From Vermamoeba vermiformis (Eukaryota), in assembly GCA_045837725.1 (NCBI GenBank), contig JBEWZL010000239.1, positions 434,001 to 498,000 on the forward strand: DNA of 64,000 bases, in the 5' to 3' direction. The notes under the pieces are model-generated. The model was not told the origin of the DNA and searched no databases. It worked only from the letters and a program-made list of their open reading frames with translations. Both the position numbers and the translations under genes were made by a program. Of the stretch, positions 63,907 to 64,000 are shown piece after piece. How positions within the stretch are numbered: the first letter of the stretch is position 1; the number at the start of each line of letters is the position of its first letter.

Positions 63907-64000
63907 TTACAACAAGGCAGCAATGACAGCCGATACAATTACAGCAATACCACTAACAACTGCGTTCGCCGATGAAGCAATGGGTGTTTTGCCGCCGGCG
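63907..64000 (-). CDS. 3' end of a gene with a hydrophobic (GPI-signal-like) C-terminus, partial
   Basis: Reads ...GGKTPIASSANAVVSGIAVIVSAVIAALL*, similar in composition to the other surface-protein tails in the window. Confidence 0.5.
   Translation of the reverse strand, partial: AGGKTPIASSANAVVSGIAVIVSAVIAALL

Noticed and set aside
1-64000. CRISPR arrays, operons, prophage or endogenous giant-virus block
   Set aside because: No repeat-spacer arrays or viral hallmark genes; nearly all genes carry spliceosomal introns.

Overview
Eukaryotic nuclear DNA, not prokaryotic: gene-dense, with AT-rich spacers and mostly short (~45-70 nt) GT-AG introns carrying CTAAC/CTAAT branch sites, so the supplied ORF track shows only exon fragments. 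The gene content (SH2-like domains, DYRKP-type kinase, FZL-like GTPase, F-box/LRR genes) suggests a free-living amoeba-like protist (inference). Housekeeping genes: sphingosine-1-phosphate lyase, ALKBH7, pyroglutamyl peptidase I, ACAD8, DYRKP-like kinase, ADCK2-like kinase, a WD40-like protein, a helicase-less Pol theta/nu-like polymerase, ELP1, an FZL-like dynamin, a C1orf74-like protein, SPCS1 and RPS13. An accessory zone (~4-32 kb) holds three paralogue pairs with patchy near-identity (probable gene conversion), seven putative cullin-E3 adaptors (including an unusual BC/SOCS-box + nucleotidyltransferase + MATH-like pair), a GH110-like glycosidase and two non-autonomous DNA transposons. Several unusually long introns host RNA genes: four box C/D snoRNAs, tRNA-Gly(CCC), and two related structured RNA candidates of unknown family in the ~1 kb ACAD8 intron. 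All calls are by eye; no searches were run.
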